In this document: positions 1 through 9,230 of the stretch, one piece after another | Numbering within the stretch: position 1 is the stretch's first letter | Layout: each line of letters opens with the position of its first letter | Source: Candidatus Moranbacteria bacterium RIFOXYB1_FULL_43_19 | Lineage (GTDB): Bacteria > Patescibacteriota > Minisyncoccia > Moranbacterales > UBA11712 | Reading direction: 5' to 3' | Assembly: GCA_001784875.1 (NCBI GenBank) | Contig: MFSH01000023.1 | Coordinates: 33,969 to 97,968, forward strand | DNA length: 64,000 nt | Notes under the pieces: generated by a model | Databases searched by the model: none | Seen by the model: the letters and a program-made list of their open reading frames with translations, nothing else | Told to the model about the DNA's origin: nothing | Program-made: the position numbers and the translations under genes

Positions 1-89
1 TAAAGAATATATAATCTTTAATTAATTGTAAATATGAAAAAACAAAAAGCCTTTTACTCAAGGCCTTTTGTCGTCCCCCCATAAAAGGA

Positions 90-467
90 CTAAACAGCTT
101 TCGGATATTGCGACGAGGAAGAAGAAGACATTGAGACCACTCCCCAGGCTCCCAGAGTCACGGTGATTATTCCGATTATCAGATTATTCCACATCCCCGC
201 GTTTCCGATTGACATCATAAAGAATGGAGTAACAAAAATCCAGGCTCCCAAAAGCACATTAATCCCGTTCAGCCATTTGCCTTCCTCGGACAATCCGATA
301 GCGATCAGCGATACGAGAGCGATTATGACTCCCGTGATAACGTCGTTTAAGCTCAATAATGTTCCGCTGAAGCCGAGAATAAAAGGTGCGACTATGAGCC
401 ACATTCCGGCGAGCACAATCAGCCAGTTAGCTGTTTTTATATTTTGTCTTTCGTTCATTTTTTTCAC
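90..467 (-). CDS. small polytopic membrane protein, SPW-repeat-like (WLIVAPFILGF / AWIFVTPFF motifs after TM helices)
   Basis: 125-aa ORF, 4 predicted TM helices, duplicated W-x-x-V-(A/T)-P-F motif resembling SPW repeat family. Confidence 0.45.
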   Translation of the reverse strand: MKKMNERQNIKTANWLIVLAGMWLIVAPFILGFSGTLLSLNDVITGVIIALVSLIAIGLSEEGKWLNGINVLLGAWIFVTPFFMMSIGNAGMWNNLIIGIITVTLGAWGVVSMSSSSSSQYPKAV

Positions 468-523
468 CTCCCTTCATTTTATATTTGCGCTTATTATAAT
501 CTTTTCCAACCGGCTCATATTTT

Positions 524-1162
524 CTAGTTCATCATCCCCGGAGAAAGATTGTTTTTTTGAAGTTCTTCCCGAAGCATCTTTTTTCCTCGGCTGATCAGCG
601 TTCCGATGGTTCCGATGGGTTTTTCCAAGCGCGAAGCAATTTCCTGATAACTGAATTGTCCATTGTATCTCAAATCAATGGCTTCGCGCTGATTTTTCTG
701 CAGTCTTTCCAGCGCCTCGAAAATCTTGCGACCGTCCAGCTTTCGGGAAACTTCCCGCTCAACATTCTTTTCATCTGCAATTGTATTTTTCAAAAATTCA
801 TTTTCATCGAGAGAAATAGGCGTTCCTGATTTCACATTTTTTCTCCAATGATTAACGGTTTCGTTGTGCGTGATCCGATAGATCCAAGTGGAAAATTTGT
901 TTTTGTTGTTGAAAGAACCGATGTTGACGTATGTTTTCAAAAAAACTGTTTGCAATATGTCCTCTACGGATTCTTTAGTGAGGCCGCTGATGCGTTTCAC
1001 GTAGCGGGTCAGTTTTTCTTCGTACCTTTCTACCAGAAGGGAGTAGCATTCTTTGTTCACTTTCACGAACTCGATGATTTCCTCATCAGTCCGCTTTCCG
1101 CAGAATTCCGAAAGCTCGCAGGGGCAGATCCTTTCTTCTTTTTTTGAGAGTTGTGTTTTCAT
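524..1162 (-). CDS. RNA polymerase sigma-70 family ECF sigma factor with short N-terminal Cys-containing extension
   Basis: Region 2 (LQTVFLKTYVNIGSF..FSTWIYRITHN) and region 4 HTH (REAIDLRYNGQFSYQEIASRLEKPIGTIGTLISRGKKML); N-terminus ICPCELSEFC precedes region 2. Confidence 0.8.
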   Translation of the reverse strand: MKTQLSKKEERICPCELSEFCGKRTDEEIIEFVKVNKECYSLLVERYEEKLTRYVKRISGLTKESVEDILQTVFLKTYVNIGSFNNKNKFSTWIYRITHNETVNHWRKNVKSGTPISLDENEFLKNTIADEKNVEREVSRKLDGRKIFEALERLQKNQREAIDLRYNGQFSYQEIASRLEKPIGTIGTLISRGKKMLREELQKNNLSPGMMN

Positions 1163-1283
1163 GGTCTTTAAAAAATTAAATTTGAATTCTGTCCTTATTA
1201 TATAAAAGGAACATTAAGACAAGATTAAGAAAAAGAGAGTGAAATCCTTGATTTTTTGAGAAAAAAGGGTATAAAATAAAAGT

Positions 1284-1958
1284 ATGAGAATCCTCATAGT
1301 CGAAGACCAGGAAAATCTGGCCAAACTCGTGAAAAAAGGCCTTGAATCGGAAGGCTTTGCCGTTGATTATGTTTTGGAAGGTGATGTTGGCCTAAATCGA
1401 ATTTTAATGCACCGCAATGATTATGACCTGGTGATTCTCGATTGGATGCTTCCCAAAAAAAATGGCGACGAAGTTTGCCGGGAAATAAGGAGTCAGAAAA
1501 TCAGCCTTCCGATTCTGATGCTGACGGCCCGTGACAGTGCCAAAGACATCACGAATGGCCTGGATGCAGGTGCGGATGACTATCTTTCCAAGCCTTTTTC
1601 CTTTGAGGTGCTCCTTGCGAGAATCAGGGCAATACTGCGGCGTCCCAAAACCGCCCTTCCTCTCGAGCTCCAGGCTGGAGAAATTATCCTTGATCCGGCC
1701 AGAAAACAAGTCGCAAAGAAGGGAAAAGAAATAAAATTAACCTTAAAAGAATTCAGCCTTTTGGAATATCTTTTGCGAAATAAAGGAGTGACCGTCACGC
1801 GTGAACAAATACTTTCGAATATCTGGGACTTTGCCTTCGATTCATTCGCCAACGTGGTGGATGTCCATATCACGAATTTGCGGAAAAAAATTGGCGATAA
1901 AGAGGCGAAAATAATCCAAACCGTGAGGGGCATTGGGTACAGGATGAACGATAATTAG
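1284..1958 (+). CDS. OmpR-family two-component response regulator (receiver + winged-helix)
   Basis: MRILIVEDQ..DLVILDWMLP (phospho-acceptor Asp), KPF motif, C-terminal LTLKEFSLLEYL..VVDVHI..LRKKI winged helix. Confidence 0.9.
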   Translation: MRILIVEDQENLAKLVKKGLESEGFAVDYVLEGDVGLNRILMHRNDYDLVILDWMLPKKNGDEVCREIRSQKISLPILMLTARDSAKDITNGLDAGADDYLSKPFSFEVLLARIRAILRRPKTALPLELQAGEIILDPARKQVAKKGKEIKLTLKEFSLLEYLLRNKGVTVTREQILSNIWDFAFDSFANVVDVHITNLRKKIGDKEAKIIQTVRGIGYRMNDN

Positions 1959-1978
1959 GCGATATTCCTTTCAATATA

Positions 1979-2009
1979 AAAACGCCCTGGAGAAACAGGG
2001 CGCTTTTTG
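1979..2009. terminator. bidirectional rho-independent terminator between convergent RR and HK genes
   Basis: CGCCCTG-gagaaa-CAGGGCG hairpin flanked by A-run upstream and T-run downstream. Confidence 0.6.
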
Positions 2010-2021
2010 AAACTCAAGTTC

Positions 2022-4937
2022 TTAGTTGAGCGGAATTGAAAAATAGAAAGTTGTTCCTTTTTCTTCCGCGGAGTCGAACCAGACTTTGGAGCCGGTGAGG
2101 TCGGCAATTGATTTCACCATATAGAGCCCCAGCCCCGCTCCTTCAGAACTCATTTCCTTGGCATTTTCAGCCCGGAAAGTTTTCTCAAAAATCTTTCCTT
2201 TTTGCTTTTCCGGTATGCCGCAGCCCGTATCGCGAACTTCCAACAATACAGCCCCTTTTTCTTTTCTTAGCTCGATGGAAATTTCTCCGCCGGCAGGGGT
2301 ATATCTGATGGCGTTGGAAAGCAAATTATCAAATACTATTTCAAAGCTGTTGGCATTGAAAAACGTCCCAGGAATATTTTCCTGGATTTTTTTTTCAATT
2401 TTTAGTTTCTTTTCCAGAATTATCGGTTCGAACTCTTTCAGCTTGGTTTGAATGACGGAAAGAATATCTAACGGTTCTGTTTCCACGGAAAAAGTTCCCA
2501 TCTCCAGTCGTGAGACATTAAGAAGGTTGTTCACAAGGAGTGCCATCCGCTTTGTTGTCTTATTTATCTCCTCGAGGTATTCCTTCTGGGCGGGTTCCGT
2601 TTTTCCGGCAGTTCCGCGAAGCAATAGTTCTGAAGAAAGAGCGATTGAGGAAAGTGGCGTGCGAAGCTGGTGGGAGGCGAGAGATATAAAATCTTCTTTG
2701 TTTTTTTCCAGCATTTTCTTTTCGGTGATGTCCCGCAAGATCTGAAGTTTGACAGGTGTGCCTTCTGGAGCGGTCATCGGCGTTTCGATAATATCAAATG
2801 TTCTATTCAAATTTTCAAAAAAACATTCCCACCGGACCGATTTTCCGGAGAACACTTCTTTATTCACGCACCAGGGACAGGGCGATTTTCGGCCGTGCAG
2901 GTATTCGAAACACTTTTGTCTTTCAATATTTTGCCCGAAATATTTTTTGAGAGCCGGATTTATGTATGAAATATTATACTCGCGGTTGACGATATATACT
3001 CCATCTTCCATTTTGTTAAGGATTTGTTTTAGCTTCTCTTTTTCATGGTATAGGGCCGCTTCGGCATTCTTGAGTTTTGTGATCTCAGCAGAATAAACAT
3101 TGACATAGGAATCCTTGGCGACTGGAGCAATCGTAATCAGAAACTTTTTATCACCGGCATCCACTTCGATAATCTTCTTGGAGATTTCGCTGATTGCTTC
3201 TTTCACTGCTTTTTCCCATTCTTTTGGTACGGAATCTCCTTTACCAATCTCAAATTTATCAAGAATAATTGTCGAAGCCGGATTTGCATAGATAATTTTT
3301 CCTTCAGACGAAATCCTCATGACTGGATTGGGATTTTCAAGCGGAAACTTGGCAAGGTCGGCTATCTTTTTTTCCGCCATTTTTCTGACAGTAATATCGT
3401 GTACCATTCCGGCAGAGCGAATAATTTTACCGGATTCATCTCGAAAATGTTCGCATTTTTCCTGGACATAGCGAATTTCGCCGCTGGGGCGCAAGACGCG
3501 ATGTTCAATTGCATAAGTGTCGCGGCCATCTCGGATGGAGTTAGAATAAGCTTCATCAACAATTTTGCGATCGTCGGGATGAATCGCCTTGAGAAAAGCC
3601 TCATATGTTGCACCGAACTCTTGCGGTTTGAGACCAAAAATCCGATAAACTTCGTCAGACCAGGTCAATTTGTTCTGGGAAATATCGAGTTCCCAGTTGC
3701 CGAGATGGGCGATTGCTTGAGATCGTTTAAGTCCCTCTTCACTTTCCTTTAGTGCCATCTCCACTTTTTTTCGTTCAGTAATATCCCGAGCAACATGGAC
3801 ACTGCCAAGTAGTTGTCCCTCTCCATTTTTTAGCGGGGTTGTGCTGACAAGAAAATCACCTCCCAAATTAGGCTCGTGCACTTCGCTGATATGTTCTTTG
3901 CCATCGAGCAGACTTTGGGCATGCGGGCACAGTTCGATGGGTCGGTCGCACTTATGGACTGCTTGATAGCATTTCATTCCTATGCAAGCTTCAGCTGTGG
4001 TGCCGAGGCGTTCCGCCATAGCCTTGTTCGCTCGGACTATGCCGTGGTTTTCGTCGAGTATCGCAATAAGGTCCGGAACACTGTTGAAAGTGCGCTCCCA
4101 TCCGTTCTTGGCATCCTGTAAAACTTTTTTGTTTTCGTTCAGCTCCCGAAACATCGAATGGTAGGGTCTCATGAGGCCGAATTCAACCAATGCGAGGTAA
4201 CTTACATAAAAAGCAAGAACCCGCAAGAGGTGGCCGAGTTCATTCGGGAAGCTGTAGACTCCGACATAGAACGCGAAAGTAATTGTCGAAACAAAAAAGA
4301 GCGCGAGCGTGAAAGTTATCAGATGCAGAACGCGTTTTTCCAGGCGGTCTCTGCGTCTCCAGAAAAAATAGAGCGAAAAAATATACGCAGTCGCAACGAT
4401 ATATTCACTGACTTTCTTAAAAGGGGTGAGTCCGGATCCTTCCGCGTAAGCGACGGGAAATATCTTCCAGTAAAAGATCATTGTCAAGAAAAGCGCAAAG
4501 GCGGTCAAATATGCCCAAACAATGGTTTGTGACCTTATTTTCTTCTCTAATAAAAAAGGGGCGATAAGAAAGGTAGTTGCCATAATATATTGATTGGCCA
4601 GCCAAAGTTGAGTGGCAACATTCGAGTCGTTCAATGTTCCGGCCACTACTCCCATACCCCGGTAGGTAAGAGCGTGAATCAGGCTGATCATTCCCGATGT
4701 CAAAAAAGCCATCCCAAAAAAAAGATAGTAATTGTTTTTCACGAATTTTCTGGCATTCCAGGTCAGAAGAAAAATCGCCAGGCTGATAGCCGATCCGAAA
4801 AATTCAGCCAAAACGTGAAAGAGAAGGTAGTTGAAATTGGCCACGATATACAAAACGACCAGAATAAGGCCGATTTGCAATATGCCGACTCTTAAACGTG
4901 TCACAGGAAATTTCGTTATGAAGTTATTGCCTGCCAT
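2022..4937 (-). CDS. multi-PAS sensor histidine kinase with polytopic N-terminal membrane domain
   Basis: C-terminal HisKA H-box (SHQLRTPLSSI) and HATPase_c (DTGCGIPEKQ..GAGLGLYMVK); at least 3 PAS-like segments, two with Cys clusters; ORF extends to 5093, but the MAGNNF start at 4937 avoids overlap with lgt. Confidence 0.85.
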   Translation of the reverse strand: MAGNNFITKFPVTRLRVGILQIGLILVVLYIVANFNYLLFHVLAEFFGSAISLAIFLLTWNARKFVKNNYYLFFGMAFLTSGMISLIHALTYRGMGVVAGTLNDSNVATQLWLANQYIMATTFLIAPFLLEKKIRSQTIVWAYLTAFALFLTMIFYWKIFPVAYAEGSGLTPFKKVSEYIVATAYIFSLYFFWRRRDRLEKRVLHLITFTLALFFVSTITFAFYVGVYSFPNELGHLLRVLAFYVSYLALVEFGLMRPYHSMFRELNENKKVLQDAKNGWERTFNSVPDLIAILDENHGIVRANKAMAERLGTTAEACIGMKCYQAVHKCDRPIELCPHAQSLLDGKEHISEVHEPNLGGDFLVSTTPLKNGEGQLLGSVHVARDITERKKVEMALKESEEGLKRSQAIAHLGNWELDISQNKLTWSDEVYRIFGLKPQEFGATYEAFLKAIHPDDRKIVDEAYSNSIRDGRDTYAIEHRVLRPSGEIRYVQEKCEHFRDESGKIIRSAGMVHDITVRKMAEKKIADLAKFPLENPNPVMRISSEGKIIYANPASTIILDKFEIGKGDSVPKEWEKAVKEAISEISKKIIEVDAGDKKFLITIAPVAKDSYVNVYSAEITKLKNAEAALYHEKEKLKQILNKMEDGVYIVNREYNISYINPALKKYFGQNIERQKCFEYLHGRKSPCPWCVNKEVFSGKSVRWECFFENLNRTFDIIETPMTAPEGTPVKLQILRDITEKKMLEKNKEDFISLASHQLRTPLSSIALSSELLLRGTAGKTEPAQKEYLEEINKTTKRMALLVNNLLNVSRLEMGTFSVETEPLDILSVIQTKLKEFEPIILEKKLKIEKKIQENIPGTFFNANSFEIVFDNLLSNAIRYTPAGGEISIELRKEKGAVLLEVRDTGCGIPEKQKGKIFEKTFRAENAKEMSSEGAGLGLYMVKSIADLTGSKVWFDSAEEKGTTFYFSIPLN

Positions 4938-5046
4938 AAGTTTATACAAGAATGAAAGGCGTTTTATTGTTGAACGAAGCAGGTGCTGGCAATAAAGCGT
5001 TTCATGCCGATTTATTTGTATAGCACAAGGTGTATATTTAGTGAAG

Positions 5047-5874
5047 TCAAGGCCGAAAACCGGAAAATTTTTTGTGAAAAAATAAGGTTGCACCGATTAT
5101 AAGCAGAAAAACAGAAAGCCATTGCCCAAATGTGAGCGACCAAAAAATCCAGCCTTTGTCCGGTTCGCGGAAAAATTCGGCGATGAATCTTGCAATTCCA
5201 TATCCCATCAAATAAAACGAAGTTAGATAGCCGATAGGAAATTTATACTTTCGTAAACTCCATAAAACCGCAAAGAGCAAAATCCCCTCCAAAAAGGCTT
5301 CGTAAAGTTGCGAAGGATGGCGAAGCTGGCCGGAAAAATCCATAGGAAAATACATTCCCCAAAACTTATTCGTAACCCGTCCGTATAATTCCCCATTTAT
5401 GAAATTTCCTAGGCGTCCAAAAGTGAAGGCGAGCGGTACAGCGGGAGCGAACAAATCACTGAATTCTAAAAGATTAATTTTTCGCGTCCGGCAGAAAAGA
5501 TAAAAAGCGAGAGTTAGCCCCAAAAGTCCCCCAAAATAACTCATGCCGTAAATCCCGATGTATTGCCAGTGGTTTCCGATATCAAACGGGAGAAATATTT
5601 GCGAAAGGTGATTTTTGAAATAACTCCAATCGTAAATGAAAACATCTCCCAGTCGCGCGCCCAGCAGAAGTCCGACAATTGCCCACGGGAAAAAATCCTG
5701 GACCGTTTCAAAAGAAATTCCCAAATTTTCGGAACGTATGCGATAACGAATTAAATAATAAGCTATCGCAAAAGAGACCACGTACATAATCCCGTACCAG
5801 GAAACTGGGATTGGTCCGATGGTGAAAGCGATCGGGTTTAGATGCGCGGGAATATTTTGCCAGGCTTGGAGCAT
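5047..5874 (-). CDS. lgt: prolipoprotein diacylglyceryl transferase
   Basis: Lgt signature GRLGNFINGELYG, conserved HPSQLYE, N-terminal IGPIPVSWYGIMY; start taken at MLQAW (ORF runs to 5964). Confidence 0.85.
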   Translation of the reverse strand: MLQAWQNIPAHLNPIAFTIGPIPVSWYGIMYVVSFAIAYYLIRYRIRSENLGISFETVQDFFPWAIVGLLLGARLGDVFIYDWSYFKNHLSQIFLPFDIGNHWQYIGIYGMSYFGGLLGLTLAFYLFCRTRKINLLEFSDLFAPAVPLAFTFGRLGNFINGELYGRVTNKFWGMYFPMDFSGQLRHPSQLYEAFLEGILLFAVLWSLRKYKFPIGYLTSFYLMGYGIARFIAEFFREPDKGWIFWSLTFGQWLSVFLLIIGATLFFHKKFSGFRP

Positions 5875-6046
5875 ATATTTAGTATAGAGTATAAAGTATA
5901 GTGTATAAAGTATCATGTATTTTTTCTTGAAAAAAAGAGCGGTTTGGTGATAGGATAGAAGCAAGTTTATCTATAGGAAAAATTTGGAGGGAGGGATCCG
6001 CAGAACTTTTTTGGCTTAAATTAAATAATAAAATCGATTTTAGGCT

Positions 6047-7045
6047 ATGAATAAGCTAAAAAATACCCTCAAAAAATGGAACTCCATATTTTGCAGTGGA
6101 ATGACCTGTAAGTCCAACATCGGGAGGGATATCGTTGTTCTTTTCCTGTTGATTCTGGTTGCTGCAGTTTTTCTCTATTCAACTGTATATACTCCCATGC
6201 AAGCGGAAAGAAAACCGGCAGTCCAAGCGGGAATTTCCGGCGGTCCCGAGAGTGTCGTCCCTCAAAAAGAAACTTCAGCGCCAATCATGTCGGAAGATAA
6301 TATCTCGAAAGAGGTTGAAAACATAATCAACACAATTGATTCGAGCAACTGGAAAAAAACCAACAACCAGTTCTGGGGTTTTTCAGTGAAATATCCCGGC
6401 GGTTGGCTCTCTCCCAAGAGCCAAAGAAAACCTGCCGGCTCCAAGTGGGAAGCCCGCTATCAATTCAGAAAAAAGGATGCCGGCGGAAATCCTTTTCTCG
6501 GTTTTGACGTCGCAGTTTATGACGTTCCGAAAACGAAGGAACTTCGGAATACTGAAGAATATCCGGTTCCAAAAAATGATAAACCTGATGCAAATAGCCA
6601 ATGCCAAAACATCGAAGGCCATGCAATTGAAATCGATGACTTTCCGGCCGAAGAGATATACATTCCCCTTGGCGATGATTGTTATAATGCCGCTTTGTTT
6701 TTCAGTATTGTGAAAGACAGGTATATCTATAACATCGTTCCAGTTCTCGAGGCCGGAGCCGAGCGGGGAACGGATCCCAGATTGGCCGTAAACGATAATT
6801 TCCCTGACTATTATGCCGCGGCTTCCACTTTGGTTCTTATTGACATTGTGAGGCCGAAACCCGCGCCGCCCAAGCCAAAAATCACCGCGCCAAAACCGGT
6901 GTCGTATAAAGTTGTGGGCGGCAGATTGGTCTGCGCCAAGAAAAACGACAAACCAAGAAAAAGCCGGCAGAACAAGGGGAAGCATCTTGATATGGAATGC
7001 TGTCTTGACCCCGACGAATATCCGAATCCCTGGTGCACGTATTAA
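6047..7045 (+). CDS. membrane-anchored secreted protein, paralog family member A with C-terminal C..GKHxDxxCCxDPDExPNPxCxY motif
   Basis: N-terminal TM anchor; shares GFDV.VY, YxxNIVP, FPxYY..STL blocks and the C-terminal Cys motif with ORFs 15217..15807 and 22088..23068. Confidence 0.6.
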   Translation: MNKLKNTLKKWNSIFCSGMTCKSNIGRDIVVLFLLILVAAVFLYSTVYTPMQAERKPAVQAGISGGPESVVPQKETSAPIMSEDNISKEVENIINTIDSSNWKKTNNQFWGFSVKYPGGWLSPKSQRKPAGSKWEARYQFRKKDAGGNPFLGFDVAVYDVPKTKELRNTEEYPVPKNDKPDANSQCQNIEGHAIEIDDFPAEEIYIPLGDDCYNAALFFSIVKDRYIYNIVPVLEAGAERGTDPRLAVNDNFPDYYAAASTLVLIDIVRPKPAPPKPKITAPKPVSYKVVGGRLVCAKKNDKPRKSRQNKGKHLDMECCLDPDEYPNPWCTY

Positions 7046-7139
7046 GTCCAGAATTGCCACGCAAAGCATCACAGGCGGACTTTTTATACTTTCTTCAGCA
7101 GTTGCCTCGATAAGTACATGAAACTTTAGCTAAAAAAAT

Positions 7140-8636
7140 ATGCCAGTTCAAAATTCCAAAGAAAATCGCAAAAAATGCCTTTGCCCGAACTGTCCGAGTT
7201 ACCCGCATGAATGCGACGGAGAAGTTTTATATTGCGCGGAGAAGGTGGGGCATAGCCAGTGCGACGTGAACGCCAAGGGCTGTCTATGCCCCGGATGTCT
7301 GGTTTGGAGTGAGAATAATCTCAAGGAAATATATTATTGCACGCGCGACACAATAGAACTAGCTTCCGCCCGAGGCGGATCCGCCTTTGGCGGAAAAGTT
7401 GTGATGCGGAAAAAAAAGCCGGACGAGAGCAATGAATTTTATCAGACAGTTGCGGACATAAAAACAATAGCCGAAACAGGCGAGAGCATTGAAAGGCCGA
7501 TGGGTTCGCTCAAGAAGCCGGGTTGCGGGTTATCTCTGGATAATCTGCATTTTGTCCCGGCGCAAGTGGCGAAAATTCCGCTCGACAGGGAAGAAAAAGT
7601 GAAAACTGGTGTTATTATCGGTCCGGTTGCAAAAAAACCGCTCAAAGTTTCATCTCCTATTATGATTACGGGAATGTCTTTTGGCGCGACCTCAAAAAAT
7701 GTGCATCTTGTTATTTCTCGCGTTGCGAAGGAACTGAAAATTGCTTTCAACTCTGGTGAAGGAGGCATCCTTGAAGAAGAATACGAATCAAAGAAATATC
7801 TAATCGGCCAATACGCTACCGGACGATTTGGAATCAATGAAGATGTGATCAAAAAAGTGGCGGCGGTTGAAATTCGCTTTGGACAAGGCGCCTATCCCGG
7901 GAAGGGAAGTTATCTGCCGGCCAAGAAAATGAGCGAAGAAGTCGCGAATCTGCGGGGACTGAAAACAGGCGAACCGGCCTATTCTCCCGCGCACCATCAT
8001 GATATGGAAACGCCAGGGGAAATTGCAGAGAAAGTGAAATGGCTCCGCGAACTGACGGGAGGAGTTCCCATCGGCGCGAAAATCGGCTGTGGAAATGTTG
8101 AGGAAGATGTGAAAGTTTTGGCCGAGGCCGGAATTGATTATATCGCCATTGACGGATTTGGCGGGGGAACAGGTGCGACGGACGCCTATGTCAAAGACAA
8201 CGTTGGGATTCCGGTTTGGGCGGCGATTCCAAAAGCTAATCAAACTCTTCAAGAACTGGGAGCGAGGAAAAATGTTACCCTCATCGCCGGAGGAAGCTTG
8301 CGGCTCTCGGCGGATTTTGCGAAGTGTCTCGCGCTAGGAGCGGATGCTGTTTATATCGGTACGGCCGCGCTCATTGCCATAAACTGCCAGCAGTATCGCG
8401 TCTGCCATACGGGACTTTGCCCGACGGGCGTGACTACCCATCGGCCGGAACTCGCTTCGCAGCTCAATGTCGAAGAAGGCGTCCGAAAATTATCAAACTT
8501 TATAAAAATATCAACCGAAGAAATTGCAGAATTCACAAGAATAGTCGGAAAAGATAATATAAATAAATTATCAAGCGAAGATTTAGTTTCAATAAAAAGA
8601 GATTTGGCGGAAATCCTCGGGGTAAAATGGATATAA
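7140..8636 (+). CDS. glutamate synthase domain-2-like FMN-binding protein (archaeal-type GltB family) with N-terminal 8-Cys module
   Basis: GSLRLSADFAKCLALGADAVYIGTAALIAINC..C..TGLCPTG matches GltB FMN/Fe-S domain; N-terminus CLCPNCP..C..C..CLCPGC. Confidence 0.75.
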   Translation: MPVQNSKENRKKCLCPNCPSYPHECDGEVLYCAEKVGHSQCDVNAKGCLCPGCLVWSENNLKEIYYCTRDTIELASARGGSAFGGKVVMRKKKPDESNEFYQTVADIKTIAETGESIERPMGSLKKPGCGLSLDNLHFVPAQVAKIPLDREEKVKTGVIIGPVAKKPLKVSSPIMITGMSFGATSKNVHLVISRVAKELKIAFNSGEGGILEEEYESKKYLIGQYATGRFGINEDVIKKVAAVEIRFGQGAYPGKGSYLPAKKMSEEVANLRGLKTGEPAYSPAHHHDMETPGEIAEKVKWLRELTGGVPIGAKIGCGNVEEDVKVLAEAGIDYIAIDGFGGGTGATDAYVKDNVGIPVWAAIPKANQTLQELGARKNVTLIAGGSLRLSADFAKCLALGADAVYIGTAALIAINCQQYRVCHTGLCPTGVTTHRPELASQLNVEEGVRKLSNFIKISTEEIAEFTRIVGKDNINKLSSEDLVSIKRDLAEILGVKWI

Positions 8637-8642
8637 AAAAAT

Positions 8643-8730
8643 CCACTACTATATATAGTTGTGGTCTTTCTACAAAATAAAAAGCAGGATTTATTATCTT
8701 CCATCCTACTACAACTAGTTGCAGTAGGAT
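8643..8730. repeat. pair of palindromes (CCACTACTATATATAGTTGTGG and ATCCTACTACAACTAGTTGCAGTAGGAT)
   Basis: Same two palindrome types recur at 61866..61925 in reversed order. Confidence 0.55.
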
Positions 8731-8756
8731 TTTATTTATCGCTGACGGAGCAAGTA

Positions 8757-8987
8757 TTATTCCGTTGCTCCCCGGAAGCAAAAATACCCGTCTTCCAAAT
8801 TATATTCCGCGTGGACAGGACAGGCGCCGCAAAGACATCCTTCCTTGGAAAGTTTGCAGGCTGTTTTTCCTTTGGCGCAGTAGAGATTTTCTTCCTTTTC
8901 TTCGGGACAGTTTGATTGGGTGAAAGTCGGACACTTTGGGCAAAAACATTTTTCCGCGTTTTCTTTTGTATTAGGAACTCTTGTCAT
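8757..8987 (-). CDS. standalone small Cys-rich protein paralogous to N-terminus of 7140..8636
   Basis: 76 aa; KEN.(E/K)KC.CP.CP..YCA(E/K)...C....(K/E)GCLC..C aligns residue-by-residue with the GltB-like N-terminal module. Confidence 0.6.
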   Translation of the reverse strand: MTRVPNTKENAEKCFCPKCPTFTQSNCPEEKEENLYCAKGKTACKLSKEGCLCGACPVHAEYNLEDGYFCFRGATE

Positions 8988-9002
8988 ATCTTTTGTGAAA
9001 AC

Positions 9003-9227
9003 CTAGAACCCCAAATAGGCTGAAAGAGCAAAGAGGGCATGGACCAACGCCAAAAAAATTGTCAGTTTCGCCAGTCGGAGATGCCATTTGAAAGGAATTT
9101 TTGTGTTGCCCTTGAAATTCAGATAGCCGATTGTCGCAGTTGAAAAAAGAGAAAGCAAAGCCAGCATCCCCAGATAAGCAACAATAGGCAGACCCAATAT
9201 TAGAGTATAGGCGATTTTTAAGATCAT
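9003..9227 (-). CDS. small 2-TM membrane protein
   Basis: 74-aa hydrophobic ORF immediately downstream of cupredoxin gene on same strand. Confidence 0.4.
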   Translation of the reverse strand: MILKIAYTLILGLPIVAYLGMLALLSLFSTATIGYLNFKGNTKIPFKWHLRLAKLTIFLALVHALFALSAYLGF

Positions 9228-9230
9228 GCT

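Noticed and set aside
5875-5964. N-terminal 30-aa extension of lgt (MLLSYHQ..YTKY) and HK extension to 5093
   Set aside because: Low-complexity Tyr/Leu-rich translation of AT-rich intergenic DNA. The conserved Lgt N-terminus begins at MLQAW and the HK plausibly at MAGNNF, which removes the lgt/HK overlap.
6383-7072. Long antisense ORFs overlapping confident genes (e.g. 6383..7072, 9971..10594, 10658..11515, 21251..21934, 22367..22966, 36009..36938, 59882..60652)
   Set aside because: They lie entirely within, and opposite to, genes with strong family signatures; they are low-complexity and repeat-like, typical of shadow ORFs.
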